From the NCBI GenBank assembly GCA_012026655.1, contig JAAILG010000001.1, forward strand, positions 62,001 through 126,000: DNA of 64,000 nt. The letters are read 5' to 3'. Position numbers and translations under genes: made by a program. Positions 63,839-64,000 of this stretch are shown here, one piece after another. The stretch's first letter is position 1. Every line of letters begins with the position of its first letter. Under the pieces are notes generated by a model. The model saw nothing but the letters and a program-made list of their open reading frames with translations. It made no database searches and was not told the origin of the DNA. Source of the DNA: Hydrolagus affinis. Lineage: Eukaryota.

Positions 63839-64000
63839 AACAGCATGCGGCTTTTCCGCTTGCCACTATGACAGATTCAAACAATTGTAAACAAGCTTCA
63901 CTTTTTGTTTTCGATTGACTAAACTAAAAAGTACACCAGTAGTGGAATCCTATCCTCTCGTCTGTAAGAATTCCTGAAACAGACTCTAAACATTATTGCA

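Overview
AT-rich, CpG-depleted vertebrate genomic DNA with no recognisable intact protein-coding gene, rRNA, true tRNA gene or CRISPR array; almost all listed ORFs look like chance or retroelement-derived frames. The repeats suggest a cartilaginous fish, most likely a chimaera/elephant-shark type genome (inference from recalled repeat families, not a search). They include tRNA-headed SINEs with Deu-domain segments and L2-type (TTA)n or (TTG)n tails, decayed CR1 and L2 LINE fragments, and a Penelope-type hairpin. The window reads as a gene desert or large intron with several repeat-free, motif-rich blocks that resemble conserved enhancers. Main observations: (1) a Penelope-derived insert at 50050-50225 with a perfect 35-bp inverted repeat enclosing a degenerate minimal hammerhead ribozyme, flanked by a probable TSD and nested in an older SINE; (2) a minus-strand degenerate 45-bp (15-codon) tandem array inside exon-like units at 5760-6941, suggesting a decayed gene for a repetitive acidic protein; (3) a chain of minus-strand exon-like segments (16.6-19.8 kb) that could form a spliced lncRNA or micropeptide transcript; (4) modular SINEs and possible LF-SINE-like relics. 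All family assignments come from manual reading and memory and need database confirmation; repeat boundaries are approximate.
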